This document shows, piece after piece, positions 9,113-18,179 of a DNA stretch of 64,000 nt. Position numbers and translations under genes: made by a program. Source of the DNA: an uncultured Bacteroidales bacterium (GTDB lineage Bacteria > Bacteroidota > Bacteroidia > Bacteroidales > WCHB1-69); contig CAMVIT010000002.1 in the NCBI GenBank assembly GCA_947167635.1, forward strand, positions 8,754 to 72,753, in the 5' to 3' direction. Each line of letters begins with the position of its first letter. Position 1 is the stretch's first letter. The notes beneath the pieces were generated by a model. That model saw only the letters and a list, made by a program, of their open reading frames with translations, had not been told where the DNA came from and ran no database searches.

Positions 9113-10210
9113 TTATCCCCGCACGTCCATGGCATTGCGTAATGCGTTTCCAATGAGCATGAAGGAGAGCACAAGGAGCATGATGGCGATGCCGGGCACG
9201 ATGGCCAGATAGGCCTTGTCGAGCACGATGTAGGCATAGTTTTCCTTCATCATCATGCCCCACGACGGCATAGGAGGCTGTACGCCGAGACCAAGGAAAC
9301 TGAGTCCCGCTTCGGTGAGGATGGCAGACGAGAAGTTGGAGGCGGCAATGACGATGACCGTGCCGGTGATGTTGGGCAGGATGTGTTTGAAGATGATACG
9401 CGGATTGCTGTATCCCAACGCTTTGCCGGATTCTACAAAGTCTTGCTCCCGAAGACTGATGACCTGTCCGCGCACCACACGCGCAATATCGACCCACATG
9501 GTCAGACCGATGGCGATGAAGATTTGCCAAAAGCCCTTCCCCAAAGCGAAACTGATGGCGATGACCAACAGCAGGGTGGGGATGGACCATACCACGTTGA
9601 TGATGAACATCAGCACATCGTCAATCTTGCCGCGATAATAGCCGGCCACGGCTCCCACGGCGATGCCGATGACGAGGGCGATGAATATCGACAGGAATCC
9701 CACCGCTAAGCTGACTCTTGTGCCCATCATGAGCTGGCTGAGCACGTCTCGTCCATAACGATCCGTGCCCAACAGGAACTTGCGTGTGACCACGGGTTCG
9801 TCAGCCAGCTCGCCAAGGGAGTATGCAACCCAGTCAGACTGCTCCAGCAGGCGGGCGCGCAACGTGTCGTCGCGCACTTCGTATTCGCTGATGGGAATGG
9901 TCTGGTACCGGTCAGGCTGCCCGGTGAGCATTTTTCGCAAAAGACCCACCTTGGGAACCTCCCGTCCTGTCTCAACCTGCAGAAGTTGTGTGGTGAAGCC
10001 CGGCGAACGGAGCGCGATTTCAAGTTGCTGGTGGTTGCAATGCGGCGAGTGGTCCGGCGTGATAAGATACCCCAAGATGGCCACGACAATGACCAACAAG
10101 ATGAAACCGAGGGAGATCATTCCCTCTTTTTCTTTCTTGAAACGCTGCCACGTCAGCTCCGACAAGGATGTGGCACGGTAATTCTTGGTTTCTTTTCTGA
10201 AAAATGACAT
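9113..10210 (-). CDS. Peptide ABC transporter permease (OppC/DppC-like)
   Basis: LGTDRYGRDV, EAA-like loop FVESGKALG, HILPN, EAGLSFLGLGVQPP..SWG. Confidence 0.92.
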   Translation of the reverse strand: MSFFRKETKNYRATSLSELTWQRFKKEKEGMISLGFILLVIVVAILGYLITPDHSPHCNHQQLEIALRSPGFTTQLLQVETGREVPKVGLLRKMLTGQPDRYQTIPISEYEVRDDTLRARLLEQSDWVAYSLGELADEPVVTRKFLLGTDRYGRDVLSQLMMGTRVSLAVGFLSIFIALVIGIAVGAVAGYYRGKIDDVLMFIINVVWSIPTLLLVIAISFALGKGFWQIFIAIGLTMWVDIARVVRGQVISLREQDFVESGKALGYSNPRIIFKHILPNITGTVIVIAASNFSSAILTEAGLSFLGLGVQPPMPSWGMMMKENYAYIVLDKAYLAIVPGIAIMLLVLSFMLIGNALRNAMDVRG

Positions 10211-10259
10211 TTTCGGTGTGGCACCGCAAAAGTGCAAAAATGGCGGTTATGGAATTGTT

Positions 10260-10745
10260 TTAGGGTAGGAAGTCTGCGGAAAAGGTGTAAGGCAGCAGAT
10301 CGGCCACGCAATGCAGATGATAAACAGGCCCTTCTTGGCCGGAGAGAATCACTTCGATGGGCTGGCCGAATTTCTGTTCATACTCGAAAAGCACCTGCCG
10401 ACAGCTGCCGCACGGGGAAACGGGCACTTTGAGTGTCTCCACAGGATTGATGGCTGTGATCGCGATGCGGGAGAAGGGCACTTCCGGGAAGCGTGCTGAC
10501 GCGGCAAAAGCGGCATTCCTCTCGGCACAAAGTCCGCAGGGATAGACTGCGTTTTCCTGATTGCTGCCCGTGACCACTTGCCCGTTGTTCATCAATATGG
10601 CCGCCCCGACTTGGAAGTGGGAGTATTTCGCGTATGCGCGTGTGGCGGCTTGTTCCGCCTCAGCCAACAGCTTGAGGATGTCGGCGGGAACCTCATCGCG
10701 GTTCTCATATACCAAGATGCGTGATTCTAAGGAGATTGTTTTCAT
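10260..10745 (-). CDS. cdd: Cytidine deaminase
   Basis: AYAKYSHFQVGAA, NQENA.YP.GLCAER, SPCGSCRQ zinc motif. Confidence 0.96.
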   Translation of the reverse strand: MKTISLESRILVYENRDEVPADILKLLAEAEQAATRAYAKYSHFQVGAAILMNNGQVVTGSNQENAVYPCGLCAERNAAFAASARFPEVPFSRIAITAINPVETLKVPVSPCGSCRQVLFEYEQKFGQPIEVILSGQEGPVYHLHCVADLLPYTFSADFLP

Positions 10746-10784
10746 ATCGTGAAATTGGTTCTTTCAATATTAATAACGATAATG

Positions 10785-11684
10785 TCAGATGCAGCCCCGC
10801 ACTTCATCCCAGCTTTGGATTCCCTCTTTTTCGCAAAGCGCCTGCAGCTCATCAATGATATGTTTGCAAGCAAGCGGGTCGTTGAAGTTGGCGGTGCCGA
10901 CCTGCACGGCGGAAGCGCCAGCCATGATGAACTCAAGCGCGTCTTGGGCAGTGGCGATGCCGCCGATGCCGAACACGGGCACCTTCACCTTTTTGCAAAC
11001 CGAGTGTACCATGCGCAAGGCAATGGGTTTGATGGCAGGCCCCGAGAGGCCGGCGTAAACGTTGTTGAAAACAGGCTTGCGGTGATGAATGTCAATGGCC
11101 AAGGCCTGGAAGGTGTTGACCAACGAGAGGGAGTCGGCGCCGGCCTCCTCACAGGCAAGTGCCATCTCCACGATGTTCTCGGCATTTGGGGAGAGCTTGA
11201 CGATCAGCGGTTTGGAACAGGATTTCCGCACGGCAGCCACCGCCTCGCGGGCCACGTCCGCCTTGATGCCGAAGGCCATGCCCCCGCTCTTGACGTTGGG
11301 ACAGGAGATGTTCAACTCCAGCATGTCGATGTCGGCGCGGGAAAGCAGTTCCGCCCCTGCGACATAGTCCTCTATGCAGCTGCCGCCCATGTTGGCGATG
11401 AGCACGGTGTCGAAACGACGCATCTTGGCGATGCCCTCCCCGACAAACGCACGCACGCCGGGGTTTTGCAGCCCCACGCTGTTCATCATTCCCGATGCGG
11501 TCTCGTAAACACGAATGCCTTCATTGCCGTCTTTGGGAATCCAGGTCAGCCCTTTTGAGCTGATGCCGCCCAGACAGCTGACATCATACAATTCATTATA
11601 CTCGTCTCCGAATCCGAAAGTGCCGGAGGCGGCAATAATGGGGTTCTTGAAATGAACGCCATTGATGGTGGTGGATAAATCCAT
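10785..11684 (-). CDS. pyrD: Dihydroorotate dehydrogenase B, catalytic subunit
   Basis: [49 protein letters not shown]. Confidence 0.96.
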   Translation of the reverse strand: MDLSTTINGVHFKNPIIAASGTFGFGDEYNELYDVSCLGGISSKGLTWIPKDGNEGIRVYETASGMMNSVGLQNPGVRAFVGEGIAKMRRFDTVLIANMGGSCIEDYVAGAELLSRADIDMLELNISCPNVKSGGMAFGIKADVAREAVAAVRKSCSKPLIVKLSPNAENIVEMALACEEAGADSLSLVNTFQALAIDIHHRKPVFNNVYAGLSGPAIKPIALRMVHSVCKKVKVPVFGIGGIATAQDALEFIMAGASAVQVGTANFNDPLACKHIIDELQALCEKEGIQSWDEVRGCI

Positions 11685-11710
11685 GGTGTCGATGTTTTAG
11701 GGTTGACGAT

Positions 11711-12445
11711 TCAAAAAAGGATGTGGGCGGGGAAGACGGGCCCCTCTTTGCAGACTCGCTTCATGCCATCGGCGGTGCGGATGCTGCATCCGAGGCAGGC
11801 TCCGATGCCGCAGGCCATGCGATGCTCCACGGAACACCAGCAGGGTATCTTCTGTTCAGCGCACAGAGCGGCCACTTTGCGCATCATCACCTCCGGTCCA
11901 CAGGTGTAAACAGTATCGTATTGCCCGGGCTTGAGCAGATCGGTGATATATCCCCGATAGCCTTCGTCGCCTACCTCTGTGGAGACGAAGATGTGGCTGC
12001 AGTGGGGCTCGAAATCTTCGAGGGCGAAAAGCCGGTCGCGGAACCCTAGGTAGGCATCCACCCGAACACCCTTGGCTGTCAGCTCCTTGGCTGTCTGGCA
12101 AAGCGGTGGGATGCCGAGGCCTCCGCCTACGAGGGCTACATGGCCGGTGGTCTGCTCGACAGGGTATCCTGTGCCCAGAGCGCCTGTCAACGTGATGGCG
12201 TCGCCGGCCTTGAGTTCCGCAAGTTTGCGTGTGCCCTGCCCGACGACCCGATACATGAAATGCAGTGTTGTCTCGTCGGCTTTGTAGATGCTGATGGGGC
12301 GCATCAGGGTGAGCTCGCGCTCCCAGGCCTTGAGCATGAAGAACTGCCCGGCATGGGCTTCTGCGCCCTTCCGCTCAGTTTCCAATACAAAGATGTCCTC
12401 GGTCAGCTGATGTTGGGAGATAACTGTTGAATCGAAGTGCTTCAT
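11711..12445 (-). CDS. pyrK: Dihydroorotate dehydrogenase electron-transfer subunit
   Basis: GQFFML, RPISI, VGGGLGIPP, TCGPEVMM, MACGIGACLGC...C 2Fe-2S motif. True start MKHFDS at 12445. Confidence 0.94.
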   Translation of the reverse strand: MKHFDSTVISQHQLTEDIFVLETERKGAEAHAGQFFMLKAWERELTLMRPISIYKADETTLHFMYRVVGQGTRKLAELKAGDAITLTGALGTGYPVEQTTGHVALVGGGLGIPPLCQTAKELTAKGVRVDAYLGFRDRLFALEDFEPHCSHIFVSTEVGDEGYRGYITDLLKPGQYDTVYTCGPEVMMRKVAALCAEQKIPCWCSVEHRMACGIGACLGCSIRTADGMKRVCKEGPVFPAHILF

Positions 12446-12507
12446 GGTGCTAATGGTTTGGTTATATGGCAAAAGGGAGAACAAGTAGATGTTCTCCCAT
12501 TGTAAGA

Positions 12508-13371
12508 TTACGGTTGGATGGCGTTCCGGATGTCGTCTCGCATGCGTATGGCTTCTGCGCGGGCGCAGTCGGCAAAGTGCAGCTCTCCGTTGGGTTGCTT
12601 GCGGTAGGCGAGCAGGATGCCGCGGGAGGAGTTGACCACACCGCCGTTGCCGTTGCGGAGGTACTTGGCGATGTCCTCGGCCTTGCCGCCCTGGGCTCCG
12701 TATCCTGGAATCAGGAAAAAGGTGGATGCGAGCATCTGGCGGATCTCGGAGGCCTCGTCGGCATGGGTGCATCCCATAACACCACCGATGCCCGAGTAGC
12801 CGCAAGCCCCCAGATAGTCACGCCCCATTTCGTTGATTTTCTCACCCACGACGTGATAGACGCGCCTGTTGCCCGTGGGAAGGTATTCGATGTCTTTGGC
12901 CCCTTCGTTGGAGGTGCGGATGAGTACGAAAATCCCTTTGTTATGGTTCTGAACGTAGGGCAGATAGGGGGTGAGACTGTCCAGGCCCATGTAGGGGCTG
13001 AGCGTGACGAAGTCGGCTTCGAAGTCGCCGGTGAAATGGGCCTTGGCATACATTTCGGCGGTCTTGGCGATGTCACCGCGCTTGATGTCGGCGATGGTGA
13101 CCGCTTGCACTTCCCGAAGGAGCGCTAACGTGCGCTGGTAGGCACGAAGTCCTGCCAAGCCGTACGACTCGTAGTAGGCAATCTGCACTTTGTAACATGC
13201 CGCCACGTCCAAGGTGGCCTCGACAAGGGCTTTGTTGAATTGGAAAAGCCCCTCTTCAATGTCGGGAAAACGCTGGGCCATGTCGGCAGGCAAGTAACTG
13301 TAATCTGTGTCCAAACCTACGCAAACATGTCCGTTTTGGGCAACTTTTTCGAAAAGCTTGTCTATGATCAT
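12508..13371 (-). CDS. pyrF: Orotidine-5'-phosphate decarboxylase
   Basis: VCVGLD, YKVQIAYYE, DIKRGDI, PYMGLD, LIPGYGAQGG, VNSSRGI. Confidence 0.96.
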   Translation of the reverse strand: MIIDKLFEKVAQNGHVCVGLDTDYSYLPADMAQRFPDIEEGLFQFNKALVEATLDVAACYKVQIAYYESYGLAGLRAYQRTLALLREVQAVTIADIKRGDIAKTAEMYAKAHFTGDFEADFVTLSPYMGLDSLTPYLPYVQNHNKGIFVLIRTSNEGAKDIEYLPTGNRRVYHVVGEKINEMGRDYLGACGYSGIGGVMGCTHADEASEIRQMLASTFFLIPGYGAQGGKAEDIAKYLRNGNGGVVNSSRGILLAYRKQPNGELHFADCARAEAIRMRDDIRNAIQP

Positions 13372-13421
13372 GATGCTTTTTTTCGAGAGTGAATAAAAAA
13401 GAACCGCACAAAAGAGGTCTG

Positions 13422-14198
13422 CTATTCTGCCACCTTGAGCATGAAACCGGTCCCGTGTACGTTGACGATCTCCACCAAGGGCTTGTAGTTGTCGATGTAA
13501 GTGACCTTGCGCTTGCCTTTCTCCTTCGGCGCGATGTGTTCGAGATCGTCAACCTGGAGATAGGAACGCAGCTTGGTGAGGAACACGTCCATGCTTCTGC
13601 CGACGGCGTGGTCGTCTTCGCCCCATACCTCCTTGAGGATGATCTCGCGGGGGATGAGCTTGTTCTTGTGGTCCAGCAAAAGCTTCAGGAGCTCGGCTTC
13701 CTTGCGCGTGAGCGTGCGGGTGACCTTCGGGTGGATGAGCTGCATTCCGCTGAAATTGAAGGTGAAGTTGCCCATCTTGTAGATCTTTTCCTCGTAAAGC
13801 GCTTTCTGCATGGCAGCACCGCGTCTGCAGCGCTTCAGGATGGCGCGCACACGCAACTCTAACTCTTCGATGCTGAAAGGTTTGGCCACGTAGTCGTCGC
13901 AACCCAGTTTGAAACCTTTGATACGTTCCTCTTTGGAAGCTTTTGAGGTGAGAATGATGATGGGGGTGAAATCGTCGATTTTCCGGATGTCTTGCAGAAG
14001 TGAGAAACCATCCTTGCCGGGCAGAACTACATCTATGATGCAAAGATCATACATTTCTGTGTTGTAAGCCTTGGCGGCCATGTCGCCATCTTTGAAATCA
14101 ATAACTTCATAACCTTCCATTTCAAAATAGTCTTTTATGACATAGCGCAGGTTTTCGCTGTCATCGACCAACATGATTTTTTCTTTGTTGTTTTCCAT
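13422..14198 (-). CDS. OmpR-family response regulator (RprY-like), no adjacent kinase
   Basis: Receiver domain (LVDD, D-phospho site in IIDVVLP, DDYVAKPF) and winged-HTH (LTRKE, RSMDVFLTKLR, NVHGTGF). Confidence 0.93.
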   Translation of the reverse strand: MENNKEKIMLVDDSENLRYVIKDYFEMEGYEVIDFKDGDMAAKAYNTEMYDLCIIDVVLPGKDGFSLLQDIRKIDDFTPIIILTSKASKEERIKGFKLGCDDYVAKPFSIEELELRVRAILKRCRRGAAMQKALYEEKIYKMGNFTFNFSGMQLIHPKVTRTLTRKEAELLKLLLDHKNKLIPREIILKEVWGEDDHAVGRSMDVFLTKLRSYLQVDDLEHIAPKEKGKRKVTYIDNYKPLVEIVNVHGTGFMLKVAE

Positions 14199-14277
14199 AA
14201 ATGGTTAATTTATAATGTTTTATCCCTTGTGGGCAGGTGTATTTTTAAATTATTTTCTTAAAATTCTTAATTTTGCG

Positions 14278-14374
14278 CAAAAGTACAAAAAAAAATTGTA
14301 CAAATGACTATTTTCAAAAAAATATAATCATTAATTGTGGTTTGTCTTGATTGGCATGATATTTTGTATTTTTG
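14278..14374. promoter_or_regulatory. Divergent -7 boxes for the response regulator and the RNA methyltransferase operon
   Basis: TACTTTTG (minus, 14278-14285) and TATTTTTG (plus, 14367-14374). Confidence 0.7.
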
Positions 14375-14444
14375 CAGCCGATTTTGATTGTCGTCTTGCA
14401 CGGGTTGTGTGGCGTTGAATATTGCAAATATAGTACGAAACTAC

Positions 14445-15632
14445 ATGGAAAAGAAGGAATATTTTGTGGCCAAAACTTTTTTGGGTTTGGAGCCGTTGTT
14501 GAAATCGGAGCTTGAATCGTTGGGGGCGGAAAATTGTTGTGAGATGAACCGCGCTGTCTCCTTTGAAGGCCCGATGGAACTGATGTACAAGGCTAATTAT
14601 TTTTGCAGGACGGCATTGCGGGTGTTGTGGCGGCAAAAGACCTTCACGTTCAACAGCAACCGGCAGTTTTACGAACAGCTGTTTGACTATCCGGCTGAGG
14701 AATACTTGCACCAGGAAGGCACGATGGCCGTGCATGCCACCATTGCGGAGTCTATTTTCAAGACGCCTCTGTTTGCCTCCGTTTTGGCGAAGGATGCCAT
14801 TTGCGACCGCTTCCGCGATCTTTGCGGAGAACGCCCCTCTGTGGACCGGGACGCTCCGGACGTGCAGTTCCACCTGCACGTTTTCAGGGATGAGGCGCAG
14901 CTGTTTCTGGACAGTTCCGGCGAGTCGTTGCACAAGCGCGGGTACAAGGTCCGCAGCCATCCGGCACCCATCAACGAGGTGATGGCGGCTGCCATGCTCA
15001 TGCTGGCGGGCTATGATGGCACATGCGATTTCATCGACCCGATGTGCGGCGGGGCCACCTTGCCCATCGAGGCCGCCATGATCGCATTGCACATCCCGGC
15101 CGGCTTCTATCGCCGCGACTACGGCTTCCTCCACTGGAAGCGTCAGGACCCGCAACGCTGGAGAAATGTCCGCAACCAGGCCCATATTCTCGACGATGTC
15201 CCCGTGGAATTTTACGGCAGCGACATAGACCCCAAGTTCGTGGAGATGGCGCGCGACAACGTGAAGAAGGCCCGGTTGGGTGACTTCATCCATGTGGAAC
15301 GAAGGGACATGCGGCAGTCTAAACCGTCTCGCACGCCCGCCCTCGTGATGATGAATCCACCATACGGCGAACGCCTTGAGGTGAACGATATCAGCGACTT
15401 CTATGCCGAAATCGGTGACACCCTCAAACATAACTATGCTGGCTGCAGAGCCTTCATGATCAGCTCCGACTTGCAGGCGTTGAAACATGTCGGGCTCAAG
15501 CCCAATTTCAAGTCCACACTCTACAACGGACCGTTAGAGTGCCGTTTTCTCGGCTATGATCTCTTCTCTGGTGACCATAAGAGCTATATGACCGGGAAAA
15601 ACATTAAAAGAGGTCCGGAGACAAAACAATAA
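14445..15632 (+). CDS. THUMP-domain SAM-dependent RNA methyltransferase (RlmL-like)
   Basis: AKTFLGLE, LDSSGESLHKRGY, APINEVMAA, DPMCGGAT, NPPYGER. Confidence 0.92.
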   Translation: MEKKEYFVAKTFLGLEPLLKSELESLGAENCCEMNRAVSFEGPMELMYKANYFCRTALRVLWRQKTFTFNSNRQFYEQLFDYPAEEYLHQEGTMAVHATIAESIFKTPLFASVLAKDAICDRFRDLCGERPSVDRDAPDVQFHLHVFRDEAQLFLDSSGESLHKRGYKVRSHPAPINEVMAAAMLMLAGYDGTCDFIDPMCGGATLPIEAAMIALHIPAGFYRRDYGFLHWKRQDPQRWRNVRNQAHILDDVPVEFYGSDIDPKFVEMARDNVKKARLGDFIHVERRDMRQSKPSRTPALVMMNPPYGERLEVNDISDFYAEIGDTLKHNYAGCRAFMISSDLQALKHVGLKPNFKSTLYNGPLECRFLGYDLFSGDHKSYMTGKNIKRGPETKQ

Positions 15633-15671
15633 TCGTCAGGAAAAGACGTTACACATCATAAACGGCTTTTA

Positions 15672-16763
15672 ATGAAGAGAACAATAATCCTTTTTTTGGC
15701 TTTGGCGGGATGCGTTGCGGGAATGGCGCAGAACAAGTACAGCAACGAGTTCTTGTCGCTGGGCATCGGTGCGCGAGGACTGGCGATGTCCAACACCATG
15801 ACCGCCATCTCCGACGATGTGACCTCCGCCTATTGGAATCCTGCAGGCTTGTCGAGGATGGACAAGCGGTACCAACTTGCCTTGATGCACGCCGAGTATT
15901 TCGCGGGCATTGCCAAGTACGACTATGCCGGCGTGGGTTATCGTGTGGACGACCACTCTTCCGTGGCGCTCTCCTATATCCGCTTCGGTGTCGATAATAT
16001 TATGAACACCACTCAGCTGATAGATGCCCAGGGAAATGTTGACTATGACAGGATTTCCTATTTCTCCACATCCGACAACGCGCTCCTCTTGAGCTACGCA
16101 TACGCTTTTTCCAAGGTCGAGGGCCTCGCATTGGGGGCCAACGCCAAGATTATCTACCGCAACATCGGGAAGTTCGCCCATGCCTGGGGCTTCGGCCTCG
16201 ATTTTGGACTTCAATACCATCACAAGGGCTGGCAGGCCGGGGCCATGCTTCGCGACGGTACCTCGTCGTTTAATGCCTGGAGCTATCGGCTTACCGACGA
16301 AATGCAGGAGACTTTCCTGCGCACGGGCAATGAACTGCCGGAAAACAGCCTCGAGCTGACACTGCCCGCGCTTCTGCTGAGCGGCGCCAAGAAGGTGGAA
16401 TTCGGCAAGGGTTTCAACGCCACTTTCGCCCTGGGGCTCGACTGCACCTTCGACGGACGACGCAACAACCTGGTCAGCACTTCCGTGATGAGCATGGACC
16501 CGCACTTCGGCATGGAGTTCGCCTATAAAAATATTGTAGCCTTGCGCGCAGGTGTCGGCAATTTCCAAAAGGAACCCGATTTCGACGGGAAGAACCGCAC
16601 GACTCTACAAATCAATCTAGGATTGGGGGTCTGCATCAAAGGCTTCGCCACCATCGACTATGCGTTCACTGACATCGGGGATCTCTCCATCGCTCAGTAT
16701 TCGCACATCTTTTCTTTAAAATTGGCAATTGACAAATTCAAAAAAAACAAGAATCATGATTGA
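15672..16763 (+). CDS. PorV/PorQ-family type IX secretion outer-membrane protein
   Basis: Signal peptide, KYSNEFLSLGIGARGLAM, SAYWNPAGL, beta-barrel pattern, IDYAFTDIG. Confidence 0.85.
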   Translation: MKRTIILFLALAGCVAGMAQNKYSNEFLSLGIGARGLAMSNTMTAISDDVTSAYWNPAGLSRMDKRYQLALMHAEYFAGIAKYDYAGVGYRVDDHSSVALSYIRFGVDNIMNTTQLIDAQGNVDYDRISYFSTSDNALLLSYAYAFSKVEGLALGANAKIIYRNIGKFAHAWGFGLDFGLQYHHKGWQAGAMLRDGTSSFNAWSYRLTDEMQETFLRTGNELPENSLELTLPALLLSGAKKVEFGKGFNATFALGLDCTFDGRRNNLVSTSVMSMDPHFGMEFAYKNIVALRAGVGNFQKEPDFDGKNRTTLQINLGLGVCIKGFATIDYAFTDIGDLSIAQYSHIFSLKLAIDKFKKNKNHD

Positions 16764-17598
16764 AATCGAAGATTACCCTTATACCGACGCGCAATTAAAA
16801 CAGCGTCTTCAAACCTTGATGTCCAAGCCGCTTCGTGCCATGGACGAGCAGGAAGCCTACCGTTTCATTTTGGGCAGCATAGACCTCACCACTTTGGAGG
16901 GCTCTGACAACAAAGCTGTCGTGGAATCGCTTTGTCGCAAGGCCATCGGGTTCCGGAACGAGAAACGCCGTATCCCATCCACGGCAGCGGTGTGCGTGTA
17001 TCCGCCTTTTGTGAAGCAGGCCAAGTCGGTGCTGCAGGGAACGGGCATCAGGGTGGCCTCCGTGGCGGGTGCCTTTCCCGCTGGACAGTCGCCCATCGAG
17101 ATAAAGGTGGCCGAGATCAAGTACGCCATCCAGCAGGGTGCCGACGAAATCGACATGGTCATATCAAGAGGCAAGTTCCTGGAAGGCAACTTGCAAGAGG
17201 TCTTCGACGAGATTCGTGTTATCCGCGAGGTCTGCAAAAATGTTACACTGAAGGTCATCTTGGAAACCGGTGAGCTGAAAACGCCGAATAATATTTACAG
17301 GGCGTCCCAGTTGGCCATGCTCGCCGGCGCCGACTTTATCAAGACCTCCACGGGCAAAATAGCGGTGAACGCCACCCCGGAGGCTTTCGTCGTCATGATG
17401 GATGCCATCCGGAGACACCATGAAAAAACCGGCCGGAAAGTGAGCATAAAAGCGGCCGGCGGCATCTCGGATTCCGAAACCGCCCTCCTATATCTCAATT
17501 TGCTGACCCAAGTTCTCGGTAAAGAATGGCTCTCAAACAGTTGCTTCAGAATCGGTGCAAGCCGCCTCGCCACTAAGGTTCTTGATGCCATCCAATAA
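16756..17598 (+). CDS. deoC: Deoxyribose-phosphate aldolase
   Basis: IDLTTL, AAVCVYP, GADEIDMV, LKVILETGEL, GADFIKTSTGK, KAAGGI, RIGAS. Confidence 0.96.
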   Translation: MIEIEDYPYTDAQLKQRLQTLMSKPLRAMDEQEAYRFILGSIDLTTLEGSDNKAVVESLCRKAIGFRNEKRRIPSTAAVCVYPPFVKQAKSVLQGTGIRVASVAGAFPAGQSPIEIKVAEIKYAIQQGADEIDMVISRGKFLEGNLQEVFDEIRVIREVCKNVTLKVILETGELKTPNNIYRASQLAMLAGADFIKTSTGKIAVNATPEAFVVMMDAIRRHHEKTGRKVSIKAAGGISDSETALLYLNLLTQVLGKEWLSNSCFRIGASRLATKVLDAIQ

Positions 17599-17693
17599 TT
17601 TTTTTCATAAATAGCGGAGCGTAAGCAAAATAATTGTATTTTTGCGCCCTCAATTAGAACACTGTATTTTTTAACATTAAAATTTTAAAAATT

Positions 17694-17978
17694 ATGACGA
17701 AAGCTGATATCGTTAATGAGATTTCCAACAAGACTGGTTTTGACAAAAACAGCGTGCAAACCATCGTTGAAGTTTTTATGTCCTCCGTTAAGAACTCTAT
17801 GGTCGGCGGCGAGAATGTTTATTTGAGAGGTTTCGGTAGTTTCATTATCAAAGAGAGAGCCATGAAGACTGCTCGTAATATCTCCAAGAACGAAACCATT
17901 ACCATCCCCGCTCATAACATCCCGGCCTTCAAGCCCTGCAAGACGTTTGTCAACGCTGTGAAGAAATCAACAAAATAA
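17694..17978 (+). CDS. hup: HU family DNA-binding protein
   Basis: MTKADIV, VYLRGFGSF, ARNISKNETITIPAHNIPAFKP. -7 box TATTTTTG at 17637-17644. Confidence 0.93.
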   Translation: MTKADIVNEISNKTGFDKNSVQTIVEVFMSSVKNSMVGGENVYLRGFGSFIIKERAMKTARNISKNETITIPAHNIPAFKPCKTFVNAVKKSTK

Positions 17979-18003
17979 ATCATAAACCCAAAACCTTATA
18001 ACT

Positions 18004-18093
18004 ATGCCAAGTGGTAAGAAAAGAAAGAGACATAAAATGTCCACTCATAAGAGAAAAAAACGTCTGAGAAAGAACAGACATAAGAACAAATAG
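18004..18093 (+). CDS. 30S ribosomal protein bS22 (AURKAIP1/mS38-like), 29 aa, below the ORF-track cutoff
   Basis: Translates to MPSGKKRKRHKMSTHKRKKRLRKNRHKNK*. This is the K/R-rich signature of Bacteroidota bS22, lying between hup and rne. Confidence 0.9.
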   Translation: MPSGKKRKRHKMSTHKRKKRLRKNRHKNK

Positions 18094-18179
18094 TCTCTTA
18101 TGAGTTGAATGAATGAAAACTAAACGAGGCCCCACTTGTGCCACGTTTAGTTTTCATTGTTTTTATAGACCCCTGAAAT

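Noticed and set aside
11711-12805. 364-aa ORF suggesting an N-terminally extended PyrK or a pyrF-pyrK frameshift fusion
   Set aside because: The extension is an alternative frame inside pyrF. PyrK has a normal start at 12445, pyrF has its own stop, and no slippery site is evident.
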